Shown: positions 1 to 9,845, counted from the stretch's first letter. The stretch: 64,000 bases of DNA from an uncultured Alphaproteobacteria bacterium (GCA_934216505.1 CAKQBW010000001.1:85788-149787), one strand, 5' to 3'. Made by a program: numbers and translations. The notes: generated from the sequence alone by a model not told the origin.

Positions 1-921
1 ACCTCGGGGTGGTTTTATGTTCGGGCCGAATATCCTTTGGCGTTAGAACGGGTAGAGTTGGCCCTGAAACAAGCCAAAAAAGCAGGGATTTTAGGTAAAA
101 ACATTTTTGGAACAGATTTTAGTTTTATGGCGGAATTGCGCTATGGGGCAGGGGCTTTTGTTTGTGGTGAAGAAACAGCTCTGATGATGTCTTTAGAGGG
201 GAATAAAGGAACACCGCGTCCTCGGCCACCTTACCCCACAGAAAAAGGACTTTTCCAAAAACCAACGATTATCAATAATGTGGAAACTTGGGCTAATATC
301 CCGCAAATCATTTTAAAGGGAGCGGATTGGTTTGCCTCTATGGGGACAGAAACAAGTAAAGGAACAAAGGTTTTTGCTTTGACTGGGAAAGTTAAACATT
401 CGGGATTAGTGGAAGTTCCTATGGGAACAACTGTTCGTGAGATGGTAGAAGAAGTCGGAGGGGGGACTTCAACTGGAAAGCCCTTTAAGGCCGTTCAAAC
501 AGGGGGACCTTCTGGGGGTGTTATTCCTGCTAAGGAATTAAACTTACCTTTGTGCTATGAGGAATTAAAAAAGATTGGTTCTATGATGGGCTCGGGGGGA
601 ATGATTGTGATGGATCAAGACGATTCTATGGTTGAAATTGCCAAATTTTATTTGGGATTTACGGTAGATGAATCTTGTGGGAAATGTGCCCCTTGTCGTT
701 TAGGGGGCTACCAAATGTTGAAACTTTTGAAAAAAATTGCCTCAGGAAAAGGAACACAGCGAGATTTGGAAAAAATCAAACAAATTGGCGAAGCGATGCA
801 AAAAGGGGCTTTGTGTGGATTGGGGCAAACTTCCCCGAATCCCGTGCTTTCAACAATGAAGTACTTTCCAGAAGAATATGAAGCCTTATTACATGACGAA
901 AAAGAAGGAGGTTCAAAATGA
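1..921 (+). CDS. NADH-binding flavoprotein subunit (NuoF / HydB-like, 51 kDa family), C-terminal part; 5' end lies outside the window
   Basis: Frame 1 is open from position 1. Translation contains VCGEETAL (NuoF FMN/NADH region) and a C-terminal CGKCAPCRLG 4Fe-4S (N3-type) motif. The stop overlaps the hydA start (ATGA). Confidence 0.8.
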   Translation, partial: TSGWFYVRAEYPLALERVELALKQAKKAGILGKNIFGTDFSFMAELRYGAGAFVCGEETALMMSLEGNKGTPRPRPPYPTEKGLFQKPTIINNVETWANIPQIILKGADWFASMGTETSKGTKVFALTGKVKHSGLVEVPMGTTVREMVEEVGGGTSTGKPFKAVQTGGPSGGVIPAKELNLPLCYEELKKIGSMMGSGGMIVMDQDDSMVEIAKFYLGFTVDESCGKCAPCRLGGYQMLKLLKKIASGKGTQRDLEKIKQIGEAMQKGALCGLGQTSPNPVLSTMKYFPEEYEALLHDEKEGGSK

Positions 922-2669
922 TTACATTGACGATTGATGGGCGACAAGTAAGAGTGCCTGAGGGGACTTCTGTTTTGGATGCTTGTCGTGAAGCACAAAT
1001 TGTTATACCGACTTTGTGTAAGCATCCCGATTTACAGGCGACTGCTAATTGTGGGGTATGTGTTGTCAAAATAAATGGACGTATGTTGCGGGCCTGTTGT
1101 ACTCCAGTTGTAGAAGGAATGCAAATCATTACACATGATTCAGATATTGTTAAGGCCCGAAAAACAATTGTGGAATTGATTTTATCTGATCATCCTAATG
1201 ATTGTTTATCATGTTTAAAAAATGGAAATTGTGAATTGCAAAATTTGGCCAAAGAATTGTCCTTGGATAATCAAACTTTTGAAAATATCACCCCAAATGA
1301 AAAAGAAAGTCCCCTTGATAATTCAACGGGCTGTATTCAAATTGATTCCCGAAAGTGTATTCAATGTGGGCGTTGTGTTCAAGTTTGTCAAAATATTCAA
1401 AATATTTATGCTTTAAGTTCTTTGCATCGGGGAATTAAAACCCGTATTGCCCCAGCAGGTGGGGTTTCTTTGGCGGACTCTCCTTGTATTAAATGTGGGC
1501 AATGTTCGGCACATTGTCCGACAGGCGCCATTATGGAATTAGATGAAACAAAAAAAGTTTTATCCTATTTGCAAGACCCGAAAAAGTATTGTGTGGTTCA
1601 AATTGCGCCCGCAGTGCGTGTGGCCATAGGAGAAGCTTTTGGTTATGAAAGCGGTACATTGCTGACGGGGAAAATTTATGCAGCGTTGCGTCGTATGGGC
1701 TTTCAGGCTGTTTTTGATACAAACTTTGGGGCAGATTTGACGATTATGGAGGAAGGGTCTGAATTTGTAAAGCGTTTCACTACAGCCCCTGAAACATTGC
1801 CTTTGATTACCAGTTGTTGTCCAGCTTGGGTGGATTATTTGGAAAAGGTGGGGCATGATATGATTTCCCATTTTTCCACGGCAAAATCTCCGCAAGCTAT
1901 GCTAGGGGCTTTGGCAAAAACCTATTATGCGGATAAAGTGGGGGTGAAACCTGAGGACATGATTGTGATTTCTGTCATGCCTTGTACGGCCAAAAAATGG
2001 GAAATTAAGCGGTCAAAAGAAATGTTCCACGGGGGACATCAAGACATTGATGTTTCCTTGACAACTCGTGAGTTGGTGCGTCTGATAAAACAGATGGGAA
2101 TTGATTTCAAGGCTTTACCAGAAGAGCAGGCGGATTCGCCTTTAGGTGCCTATACAGGGGCTGCCACGATTTTTGGATTTTCAGGTGGTGTTATGGAAGC
2201 AGCCCTCAGAACAGCCAATTTCCTGATGACAGGAAAGGAATTACAAAACCTAGAGTTTGATCAAATAACTGATTTAAACGAAGGGGCTAAAGAAATGACT
2301 TTAAATATTCAAAATAGAGAAATTCGGGTGGCTGTAGCGCATGGAATAAAAAATGTGGAAACAATTTTGGAAAAGGTGCGGCGTGCGAAAGCGAATGGGG
2401 AAAAGTCGCCTTATGATTTTATTGAAGTGATGGCCTGTGTGGGCGGTTGTGTCGGTGGTGGGGGGCAGCCATTGGGGACAACTCGTACTGTACGGTTAGC
2501 GCGTCAAGCAGGATTAAAGGCAGAGGATAGAAAGGCTCCATTGCGTTGTTCTCATCAAAATCCTGATATACAAAAATTATATAAGGATTTTTTGGGAGCT
2601 CCTCTGTCTGAAAAGTCCGAAGAGTTATTGCACACGCATTATACGGCTCGTCCGCTTTATCGTAAGTGA
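918..2669 (+). CDS. hydA: [FeFe]-hydrogenase catalytic subunit, M3-type (N-terminal 2Fe-2S plus His-ligated 4Fe-4S plus two ferredoxin-type 4Fe-4S plus H-cluster domain)
   Basis: All three H-cluster signature motifs are present: TSCCPAW (L1), MPCTAKKWE (L2), EVMACVGGCVGGGGQP (L3). Upstream are CIQCGRCVQVC and CIKCGQCSAHCP ferredoxin motifs and an N-terminal plant-type 2Fe-2S Cys pattern. The gene is translationally coupled to the upstream NuoF-like gene. Confidence 0.9.
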   Translation: MITLTIDGRQVRVPEGTSVLDACREAQIVIPTLCKHPDLQATANCGVCVVKINGRMLRACCTPVVEGMQIITHDSDIVKARKTIVELILSDHPNDCLSCLKNGNCELQNLAKELSLDNQTFENITPNEKESPLDNSTGCIQIDSRKCIQCGRCVQVCQNIQNIYALSSLHRGIKTRIAPAGGVSLADSPCIKCGQCSAHCPTGAIMELDETKKVLSYLQDPKKYCVVQIAPAVRVAIGEAFGYESGTLLTGKIYAALRRMGFQAVFDTNFGADLTIMEEGSEFVKRFTTAPETLPLITSCCPAWVDYLEKVGHDMISHFSTAKSPQAMLGALAKTYYADKVGVKPEDMIVISVMPCTAKKWEIKRSKEMFHGGHQDIDVSLTTRELVRLIKQMGIDFKALPEEQADSPLGAYTGAATIFGFSGGVMEAALRTANFLMTGKELQNLEFDQITDLNEGAKEMTLNIQNREIRVAVAHGIKNVETILEKVRRAKANGEKSPYDFIEVMACVGGCVGGGGQPLGTTRTVRLARQAGLKAEDRKAPLRCSHQNPDIQKLYKDFLGAPLSEKSEELLHTHYTARPLYRK

Positions 2670-2741
2670 GGTAAAAAGTCTGTTGAATCAATGGGGAATT
2701 TTTATATTAAAAATTTCGGACGATATTTTGTTAAATTATTC

Positions 2742-2770
2742 TTGACAAGGTAAAAAAAATAAGGTATAAT
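2742..2770 (+). promoter_or_regulatory. consensus sigma70 promoter (TTGACA-17-TATAAT) upstream of rpmH
   Basis: TTGACA at 2742-2747, 17-nt spacer, TATAAT at 2765-2770. An AAGGAG RBS precedes the ATG at 2803. Confidence 0.7.
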
Positions 2771-2802
2771 TCCCCCATTATTTTAGAACAAGGAGTTAAA
2801 AG

Positions 2803-2943
2803 ATGACAACAAAACGTACATATCAACCTGGAAAATTGGTTCGCACACGTCGTCATGGTTTTCGTGCCCGTATGGAGACAAAAGGGGGACAAAAAGTGTT
2901 GAACGCCCGTCGTGCCAAAGGTCGTAAGACTTTAAGTGCTTAA
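2803..2943 (+). CDS. rpmH: 50S ribosomal protein L34
   Basis: 46-aa ORF absent from the ORF track. Translation [46 protein letters not shown] is the canonical L34 sequence. It is immediately followed by rnpA, the conserved arrangement. Confidence 0.9.
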   Translation: MTTKRTYQPGKLVRTRRHGFRARMETKGGQKVLNARRAKGRKTLSA

Positions 2944-3016
2944 GGACGAATTTAATCAATTCACGGAAAGCACCTGAATTTTTTTATCGGGTGCTTTTTC
3001 TTTTGGGAAGAACACG

Positions 3017-3373
3017 ATGTCTTTGATTCGGATTAAACGCCATTTTGATTTTGTGGAGATGCGTCAAGCCCCCTTAAAGGCTTTCACGCATTCTTTTGTA
3101 TTACAGGTGCGCCCCACGGATAAAAATCAGACCAGAATAGGTTTTACGGTTTCTAAAAAAATTTCTAAATTAGCGGTTGTTCGGAATCATTTGCGCCGTC
3201 AAATGCGGGAAATTGCCCGTTTATCGCCTGAATTACAGGAGAAATATCCCAGCCATGATTTAATTTTAGTGGCCCGACATGAGGCTTTAAATCGTTCTTA
3301 TCAACAACTGACACAAGATTTTAAATACTTGTTGTCCCATGTAAAAGAAATGAATGATGAAAAAAATGGCTAG
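3017..3373 (+). CDS. rnpA: ribonuclease P protein component
   Basis: 118-aa basic protein directly downstream of rpmH. The conserved rpmH–rnpA–yidD order supports the call. Confidence 0.75.
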   Translation: MSLIRIKRHFDFVEMRQAPLKAFTHSFVLQVRPTDKNQTRIGFTVSKKISKLAVVRNHLRRQMREIARLSPELQEKYPSHDLILVARHEALNRSYQQLTQDFKYLLSHVKEMNDEKNG

Positions 3374-3566
3374 TTTCTTCATACGCATTTATCAACTGAC
3401 TTTTTCATCGTTGGTGGGAAATTGTTGTCGCTTTCAACCAACTTGTTCGGAATATGCACATCAATCTTTTCAAAAATATGGGGTGTTGAAGGGGGGGTAT
3501 TTGACCCTTAAACGGCTTTTACGGTGTCACCCGTTTGCTAAAGGGGGCTATGACCCTGTTCCGTAA
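3354..3566 (+). CDS. yidD: membrane protein insertion efficiency factor YidD
   Basis: Contains the FFIRIYQ…CRFQPTCSEYA…HGxxKGxxLxxxRLxRCHPF YidD signature and overlaps the rnpA 3' end. Confidence 0.8.
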   Translation: MMKKMASFFIRIYQLTFSSLVGNCCRFQPTCSEYAHQSFQKYGVLKGGYLTLKRLLRCHPFAKGGYDPVP

Positions 3567-3645
3567 AAAATAAATAAAGTCATTGACATTTGATGAAAAA
3601 ATCAGTATTCTAACCCACATATTATTCATAATGAAAGGAATTAAA

Positions 3646-5124
3646 ATGGACGAAAATTTGGGACATGAACAACGGCAGATTCGCTTAGAAAAACTTAAAA
3701 AAATGGAAGCAAAAGGAATCAATCCTTATCCCCACACTTTTAAGCCAAATGCGACCTCTGAGACTTTAACAAAAAAGTATGCCGATTTGGCCCCAGATAC
3801 CCAAACAGAAGATGTGGTGATTGTGGCGGGGCGGGTGCGTGCTATTCGTAATTCTGGTATGTTCATGGATATTTATGATACCACGGGAAAAATTCAAATT
3901 TATACTTCCAAAGAAAATTCCTCAGAGGAAGTTTTGGACATGTTGTCTATGGTGGATATCGGTGATATGATTGGGATTGAAGGTACTGTACGGCGGACAA
4001 AACGGGGGGAATTATCGGTCAATACTCAAAAAATTACAATGCTTTCAAAGGCTTTGTTGCCTCTCCCTGAAAAGTTTCATGGTTTAACGGATACAGATAC
4101 AAAGTATCGCCATCGTGAGTTGGATATGATTATGAATCCAGAAACAATTCAAACTTTGATTAAGCGAAGCCAAATTGTGGAATCTATTCGTCAATTATTA
4201 CGGTCAAAGGGATTGATTGAGGTGGAAACGCCTGTGTTGCAATCTATTAAGGGCGGGGCGACAGCCAAACCTTTTATCACACATCACAATTCTTTGGATA
4301 TGGATTTGTTTTTGCGGGTGGCACCTGAATTATTTTTGAAGCGTTTGATTGTGGGGGGGATGCCTGGGGTATTTGAATTTGCCCGTAATTTTCGTAATGA
4401 GGGAATGGATACAACACATAATCCTGAATTTACAGGTTTAGAAATGTATTTGCCCTATACGGACTATAATGATATGGCTGACTTATTTGAAGAAATTGTG
4501 CGTCAAGCCTGTCAAGAAGTCAATGGGACTTTACAAATTGAATACGATGGTAAAAAGTTTGATTTATCTAAACCTTTCGTACGGGTGACGATGAACGATA
4601 TGATTAAAAAATATGCTGGCGTGGATTTCTTGGCTATTTCTTCAGATGAAGAAGCTCGTCAAATGGCAGAAAAGTTAGGTGTTCATGTGGAAAAAAACAG
4701 CGATTGGGGACATTGTATGGCGGCTGTTTTTGAAGAAAAATGTGAAGATCATTTGATTCAGCCAACAATTGTTATGGATCACCCTCGTTCTATGAATCCT
4801 TTATGTAAGACCCACAGAAAAGATAACCGTTTGGTGGAACAATTTGAACCATATATCAATGGGAAAGAAATGGGAAATGCTTATACGGAATTGACAAATC
4901 CTTTGGATCAGCGGGAACGCTTTGAAGCCCAAGTAAAAGCGCGTGAGGCGGGTGATGAAGAAGCCGACATGATGGACGAAGACTTTGTGGAGGCTTTGGA
5001 ACATGGATTGCCCCCAACGGGTGGCATGGGCATTGGTATGGATCGCTTGATTATGTTCTTGACGGGTAATACATCTATTCGTGATGTGTTGGCTTTTCCA
5101 ACAATGCGTAAATTAAGTAAATAA
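3646..5124 (+). CDS. lysS: lysine--tRNA ligase, class II
   Basis: N-terminal OB anticodon-binding domain and class II motifs (FRNEG, GGMGIGMDRL). The ORF track starts at 3583, but the ATG at 3646 has an AAAGGA RBS and matches the usual LysS N-terminus (MDENLG…). Confidence 0.85.
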   Translation: MDENLGHEQRQIRLEKLKKMEAKGINPYPHTFKPNATSETLTKKYADLAPDTQTEDVVIVAGRVRAIRNSGMFMDIYDTTGKIQIYTSKENSSEEVLDMLSMVDIGDMIGIEGTVRRTKRGELSVNTQKITMLSKALLPLPEKFHGLTDTDTKYRHRELDMIMNPETIQTLIKRSQIVESIRQLLRSKGLIEVETPVLQSIKGGATAKPFITHHNSLDMDLFLRVAPELFLKRLIVGGMPGVFEFARNFRNEGMDTTHNPEFTGLEMYLPYTDYNDMADLFEEIVRQACQEVNGTLQIEYDGKKFDLSKPFVRVTMNDMIKKYAGVDFLAISSDEEARQMAEKLGVHVEKNSDWGHCMAAVFEEKCEDHLIQPTIVMDHPRSMNPLCKTHRKDNRLVEQFEPYINGKEMGNAYTELTNPLDQRERFEAQVKAREAGDEEADMMDEDFVEALEHGLPPTGGMGIGMDRLIMFLTGNTSIRDVLAFPTMRKLSK

Positions 5125-5140
5125 CTTATAAGGAGGAAAA

Positions 5141-5398
5141 ATGAAGGAGTTATTAAAAAACTTAATGAATTTGGATAAACCCTTTTTAACAAAGGATTTA
5201 GCACCTAAACTGGCTCCCTTTGCGTGGATAATTTATGTCATCGCTTTGATTATTTTGGCGGTTGCAACATTAGGGGCGCTCAGATTACTTTTTGAAATGT
5301 ATTTGTCGTCTTTTGTTTTGGCGATGTTGGGGATTTTTGCGGAATTTGCGATTGTACGCATGTTTTGCGAGTACTTGGCTTCTCATAACAAGAAATAG
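5141..5398 (+). CDS. small hypothetical membrane protein (two predicted TM helices)
   Basis: Strong RBS (TAAGGAGGAAAAATG). Hydrophobic 85-aa product with no recognisable family. Confidence 0.4.
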   Translation: MKELLKNLMNLDKPFLTKDLAPKLAPFAWIIYVIALIILAVATLGALRLLFEMYLSSFVLAMLGIFAEFAIVRMFCEYLASHNKK

Positions 5399-5409
5399 GT
5401 GGAGTCTGT

Positions 5410-5486
<77 letters not shown>

Positions 5487-5494
5487 AAATTTTT

Positions 5495-5935
5495 ATGACC
5501 CAATTTGTTCAGGCAACCAGTGTTGAAATTGAGGGACAAGCGGTCTTGATTCAAGGACCAGCAGGGGTGGGGAAAACTTCTTTGGCTTTGAAGTTGATAG
5601 AACGTGGAGGAAATTTAATTTGTGATGATATAACCGTTTTATCTTTGAAAAACAACAGGATATTTTGTAAAGTTCAAGAAAAACTTTATGGAAAAATTGA
5701 ACTGAAAGGCTTAGGGATAATCCAAAATATGGCTGTTTGTCAGGAGGCCCCTTTGGTGTGCGTGATTCGGTTGCATGCGGATAAAACAGAACGCTTTCCT
5801 GAAGCTGATCAAAAAATGGAAATTTTAGGACAAAAAATACCTGTCTTTGATTTTTTTTCTTGCGAAACGACCTATCTTTGGGTATTATATGCTTTGAAAG
5901 CATTAAAAGGGGAACTCTCTTTATTGAAGGAGTAA
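5495..5935 (+). CDS. hprK: HPr kinase/phosphorylase, short alphaproteobacterial type (C-terminal kinase domain only)
   Basis: P-loop GPAGVGKTSLAL. Sits in the conserved cluster with EIIA(Man) and NPr. The ORF-track start at 5459 lies inside the tRNA; the ATG at 5495 is the more plausible start. Confidence 0.7.
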   Translation: MTQFVQATSVEIEGQAVLIQGPAGVGKTSLALKLIERGGNLICDDITVLSLKNNRIFCKVQEKLYGKIELKGLGIIQNMAVCQEAPLVCVIRLHADKTERFPEADQKMEILGQKIPVFDFFSCETTYLWVLYALKALKGELSLLKE

Positions 5936-6361
5936 ATGATGTTAGGAATTGTTATTGTGGCCCATAATTTTTTGGCCGATTCTATGAAAAGTGTTGTGGA
6001 ACATGTAGTGGGTAAGTTGCCTGATGTTTTATGTGTTAATGTCTTGCCTGAAGATGATATAGAGCAAAAAAGAGCGGAAATTAGTGAAAAAATTAAACAA
6101 GCTGACAAAGGAAAAGGCGTTGTTCTTTTGACCGATATGTTTGGGGGGACTCCCTCAAATTTGGCTATTTCTTTGATGCGGGAGGGGAAAATTGAAGTAA
6201 TTTCAGGTATGAATGTGCCGATGTTGGTAAAACTCGTTCGTCTGCGGAGGAAAAAATTAGCTGAAGCCGTTCAAAAAGCGACTGATTCTGGACGACACTA
6301 TATTATGGTCGCTTCAAATTTTTTGGAGAAAAAAAATGACGAAAGCAATAAAAACAGTTAA
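5936..6361 (+). CDS. PTS EIIA component, mannose-family (PTS-Ntr-like regulatory branch)
   Basis: N-terminus MLGIVIVAHNFLADS is typical of EIIA-Man. The start overlaps the hprK stop (TAAATGATG). Confidence 0.7.
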   Translation: MMLGIVIVAHNFLADSMKSVVEHVVGKLPDVLCVNVLPEDDIEQKRAEISEKIKQADKGKGVVLLTDMFGGTPSNLAISLMREGKIEVISGMNVPMLVKLVRLRRKKLAEAVQKATDSGRHYIMVASNFLEKKNDESNKNS

Positions 6362-6614
6362 GATAATCAATGTTAGGGGATTGCATGCTCGTGCAACAGC
6401 GGAATTTGTGAAGTTGGCCGATTCTTTTTCGTGTGAAATTTTTGTTTCAAATCCAGATAATTTAAAAGTGTCAGGGAAATCAATCATGGGGTTATTGATG
6501 CTGGGGGCTCCTCTAGGAACTTCTTTGGTTATTGAAGCGGACGGGGAGGAGGCCGAAAAGGCTGTGCAATCCTTGGCTACTTTAGTCAATAATAAATTTG
6601 GAGAAGAGGTATGA
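6336..6614 (+). CDS. HPr-family phosphocarrier protein (NPr/HPr)
   Basis: GLHARATAEFV shows the His15 region of the HPr fold. 92 aa, downstream of hprK and the EIIA gene. Confidence 0.75.
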   Translation: MTKAIKTVKIINVRGLHARATAEFVKLADSFSCEIFVSNPDNLKVSGKSIMGLLMLGAPLGTSLVIEADGEEAEKAVQSLATLVNNKFGEEV

Positions 6615-7096
6615 CAGAAAAAACAAGAAAAATTATATTGGGTGGCTTTCTTTTTATGGGCTTGCTTGTTTTGTTAGGGTGGTTGCATCAAACCTCATTA
6701 AAAGAGCAGAAAAAAGATGATTATATTTTATATGCTTTATTTAAGAAAACAGATGGGGTGGATATAGGAGCTCCTGTGCGTTTATCAGGAGTGCCTGTAG
6801 GACACGTTTTTAAACAAGAGTTGGCTGATAATTACGAGGTGCGTTTGACGCTTTCTTTTAATAAAAAATTGGAGTTGCCGTTGGATACTTCTGTGGCAAT
6901 TGAAACCGATGGATTTTTGGGGTCAAAACATATTGAATTGATTCCTGGGGCGGACGAAGAAATGTTGGATTCTGGGGATACATTGGAATATACTCAAGAT
7001 ACCATTTTATTAGATGAACTTTTGGCGAAGGTCAATTCTTATATGGAACAAAAAAAAGAATCAAAGGAGAATAAAAATGAAGAAAAATCCAATTGA
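6611..7096 (+). CDS. MlaD/Mce-domain protein (outer-membrane lipid asymmetry maintenance)
   Basis: N-terminal TM helix and the Mce motif GVDIGAPVRLSGVPVGHV. Confidence 0.65.
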   Translation: MTEKTRKIILGGFLFMGLLVLLGWLHQTSLKEQKKDDYILYALFKKTDGVDIGAPVRLSGVPVGHVFKQELADNYEVRLTLSFNKKLELPLDTSVAIETDGFLGSKHIELIPGADEEMLDSGDTLEYTQDTILLDELLAKVNSYMEQKKESKENKNEEKSN

Positions 7097-7520
7097 AACA
7101 GTTCTGGGGCTTTTTGTGTTGGTATTTGCGGGTATTTTTTTGGTATATGCTTCCTCACGAATAGACACAAAAAAAGTGGATGGTTATACGGTTAAGGCTA
7201 ATTTTTCAAAAATAGGGGGCTTGGAAGTTGGCTCTGATGTGCGTATTTCAGGAATCAAAGTGGGGGCTGTTTTGGGGACTTCTTTGAATAAAGAGGATTA
7301 TACCGCTGATGTTCTCCTGATAATTGATTCAAATGTTCAACTGCCCAAGGATACGCAAGTAAGTATTGCTGATGTGGGGTTGATGGGGGGAAAGTATGTA
7401 CGTTTGGAACCAGGTAAAAGCCACGATTTTATTAAACCCAATGAGCGATTGATGCAAACAAAAAATTATAAATCTTTGGAAGATAATATCTCTGAATTTA
7501 TTTTCCTTTCAACGAAGTAG
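7077..7520 (+). CDS. second MlaD/Mce-domain paralog
   Basis: AAGGAG RBS before the ATG at 7077. Product has a TM helix plus Mce-like GSDVRISGIKVGAV. The ORF-track start at 7014 is probably too far upstream. Confidence 0.6.
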   Translation: MKKNPIETVLGLFVLVFAGIFLVYASSRIDTKKVDGYTVKANFSKIGGLEVGSDVRISGIKVGAVLGTSLNKEDYTADVLLIIDSNVQLPKDTQVSIADVGLMGGKYVRLEPGKSHDFIKPNERLMQTKNYKSLEDNISEFIFLSTK

Positions 7521-7523
7521 GGT

Positions 7524-7964
7524 ATGATGAAAAAGATTCTATTTTTTATGGTGTTGTTTTTTCCTGTGTCTGTCTTGGCAACGGATGTTTCAACTTCTTC
7601 TGTTCTTTTGCAGGCGATGGATAAAATTACAGGGCGTGTTCAAAAGATAGAAATTTTTGTGGGGCAAAAGGTTCGCTTTGGGGAATTAGAAATTCAATTG
7701 GAAAAGTGTTTAAAAAAGCCCCCTGAAGAAACACCTGAAAATGCGGCGTTTTTAAAAATAGCCTATTCAAATCAACCCGATAAAGAGGTTTTTAAAGGCT
7801 GGATGTTTTCTTCTAATCCTGCGCTTTCGGCCATGGAAGACGCTGTTTATGATATTTGGGTGGATTCCTGTCTAGAGGGTCCCGAAGAAATCCCTTCGGA
7901 ACAAGTTGATACTTCTGATGAAATGGATTTATCAGAAGTCATCAGCGCACCGATTGAAGATTGA
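7524..7964 (+). CDS. secreted hypothetical protein (DUF2155-like), signal peptide
   Basis: Signal peptide, conserved Cys pair and a GWMF motif. Downstream of the mlaD genes, as is common in alphaproteobacteria. Confidence 0.45.
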   Translation: MMKKILFFMVLFFPVSVLATDVSTSSVLLQAMDKITGRVQKIEIFVGQKVRFGELEIQLEKCLKKPPEETPENAAFLKIAYSNQPDKEVFKGWMFSSNPALSAMEDAVYDIWVDSCLEGPEEIPSEQVDTSDEMDLSEVISAPIED

Positions 7965-8958
7965 TGGGAGTTCCTTTTAAAAAGTTTTGTATATTTTGAC
8001 AAGTTGTTGCGTTAATTCGGCGAATAGCATCAAAGGAATTAAAGGCGATGTGAGGAGTTATAATCACATTTTTAAGTTGCATCAACTTCAGGTTGATTGT
8101 TGAAGTTAAAAGAAAGTCTTGGTTCGTTAGGTTAGGGGAGGTTTCCGCTTCGTCCCTTAAAAGGAAGTCTTCATTTTCAACAACGTCTAAGCCCGCCCCT
8201 GCGACTTTGTGCTTCATAATGGCTTCGTACAAGGCAAAAGAATCAATTAAATCTCCCCTTGCTGTATTGATAATCAGGACATCTTTTTTCATTTTTTGAA
8301 AGGCTTTTTTGTCCAAAAGATGATAGTTTTCTTTAGTGGAAGGAATATGTAAAGAAATAATATCGCTATTTTTATACAAATCGTTTAGGTTAGAAACATA
8401 AAATTTCTTTAAGTTCTTTTGTTGAAAAATATCATAGGCAAGTACTTTCATATTGAAGCCTTGGGCGATTTTTATCATGTGTTGTCCAATAGAGCCTGTC
8501 CCAATAATACCAATGGTTTTATCGGCTAAATCAAATCCCGTGTAATCGGGCATTTTTATTAAATTACAGCGCATATCTTGGTTGGCTTGCATAATTTTTC
8601 TTTCCAAATCCAGTATGAGTCCAAAGGCAAATTCAGCCACTGTAATTGCCCCATATTGAGGGACATTGGATACGAGAATGTTTCTTTTCTTGCAATAATT
8701 TAAATCAATGTGGTTAAAGCCCGTGCTGCGTGTGGCGATAAATTGTAAATTTTTAAAGAGATCTAATTTTTCATTTTGAATCAAACTAGAATGTGTGAAA
8801 ACACTGATGACTCGGGCATCTAAATAAGGTTTCAGTTTTTTTAAAGAAATCTCAGAGAAAGAATCCGAAAAAAATATATATTTACAATTTTTACAAGGGC
8901 AGGTTGTGGCGAATTTCTTCACTTCTTTATTTGAATCAAAAAACAATATGTTTTCCAT
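7942..8958 (-). CDS. D-isomer-specific 2-hydroxyacid dehydrogenase (D-lactate / phosphoglycerate dehydrogenase family)
   Basis: NAD-binding GIIGTGSIGQ motif and catalytic region of the D-2-HDH family. Confidence 0.75.
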   Translation of the reverse strand: MENILFFDSNKEVKKFATTCPCKNCKYIFFSDSFSEISLKKLKPYLDARVISVFTHSSLIQNEKLDLFKNLQFIATRSTGFNHIDLNYCKKRNILVSNVPQYGAITVAEFAFGLILDLERKIMQANQDMRCNLIKMPDYTGFDLADKTIGIIGTGSIGQHMIKIAQGFNMKVLAYDIFQQKNLKKFYVSNLNDLYKNSDIISLHIPSTKENYHLLDKKAFQKMKKDVLIINTARGDLIDSFALYEAIMKHKVAGAGLDVVENEDFLLRDEAETSPNLTNQDFLLTSTINLKLMQLKNVIITPHIAFNSFDAIRRINATTCQNIQNFLKGTPINLQSVR

Positions 8959-8999
8959 ATTTCCTCCTTTTATTTCAAATAAGGACTATTTTCAAAAAA

Positions 9000-9845
9000 T
9001 TAAAGCCCAAAAACGGTCAAAATATCAGAAATTTTTTTCTTCAAATCTTTTCTTTGAACGACTTGATCCACCATTCCGTGTTCTAACAGATATTCTGATT
9101 TTTGAAAATTAGGTGGCAAGACCTCATGAATTGTTTGTTCTATCACACGAGAACCTGCAAAACCTATAATAGCATCTGGTTCAGCTAAAGTAATGTCGGC
9201 TTGCATAGCGAATGAGGCGGTTACTCCCCCTGTGGTGGGATTTGTTAAGACAACAATATAGGGCAGATGTTTTATGGCTAATTCTTTGACCGCCAAAATT
9301 GTACGGGCCATTTGCATCAAAGAAAGAATTCCCTCTTGCATTCTGGCTCCGCCCGAAGCAGGAAAAATAATCAATCCCGCCTGTTGAATTTGGGCCAATT
9401 TGGCAGCTGTGATAATCGCCTGACCAACGGCTGTCCCCATAGACCCCCCCATAAAAGCGAAATTAAAAACAACCACTACAGAGCGATGCCCATTGATTTG
9501 TCCATAGGCTACTTGAACGGCATCTCGTTGTTCAGTCTTTTTTCTAGATTCCTTCAGCCTGTCTGTATATTTTTTGACATCACGAAATTTCAAAGGATCA
9601 TCAGGTGTTTTGGGGAGTTGTATTAAAGTATATTTTTCTTCGTCAAAAAGCATTTTAAAACGTTCTTTGATAGGAAGTGCAAAATGATAATCACAATGAG
9701 GACAAACATAATAACTTTGTGTTATTTCAGAATGAAAAAGCATATTGGAACATTTTGGACACCTGTCCCAAAAATTATCAGGGATATCTTTACTTACCCC
9801 GATTTTTTTGACAGTAGGACGCTTTAAGTTTGTAATCCAGTTCAT
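9000..9845 (-). CDS. accD: acetyl-CoA carboxylase carboxyltransferase subunit beta
   Basis: N-terminal zinc ribbon CPKC…CPHC followed by the carboxyltransferase domain. Confidence 0.85.
   Translation of the reverse strand: MNWITNLKRPTVKKIGVSKDIPDNFWDRCPKCSNMLFHSEITQSYYVCPHCDYHFALPIKERFKMLFDEEKYTLIQLPKTPDDPLKFRDVKKYTDRLKESRKKTEQRDAVQVAYGQINGHRSVVVVFNFAFMGGSMGTAVGQAIITAAKLAQIQQAGLIIFPASGGARMQEGILSLMQMARTILAVKELAIKHLPYIVVLTNPTTGGVTASFAMQADITLAEPDAIIGFAGSRVIEQTIHEVLPPNFQKSEYLLEHGMVDQVVQRKDLKKKISDILTVFGL

Noticed and set aside
675-1129. Three short ORFs overlapping the NuoF-like/hydA junction on both strands
   Set aside because: They sit inside or antisense to two well-supported, translationally coupled genes, with no RBS or conservation signal.
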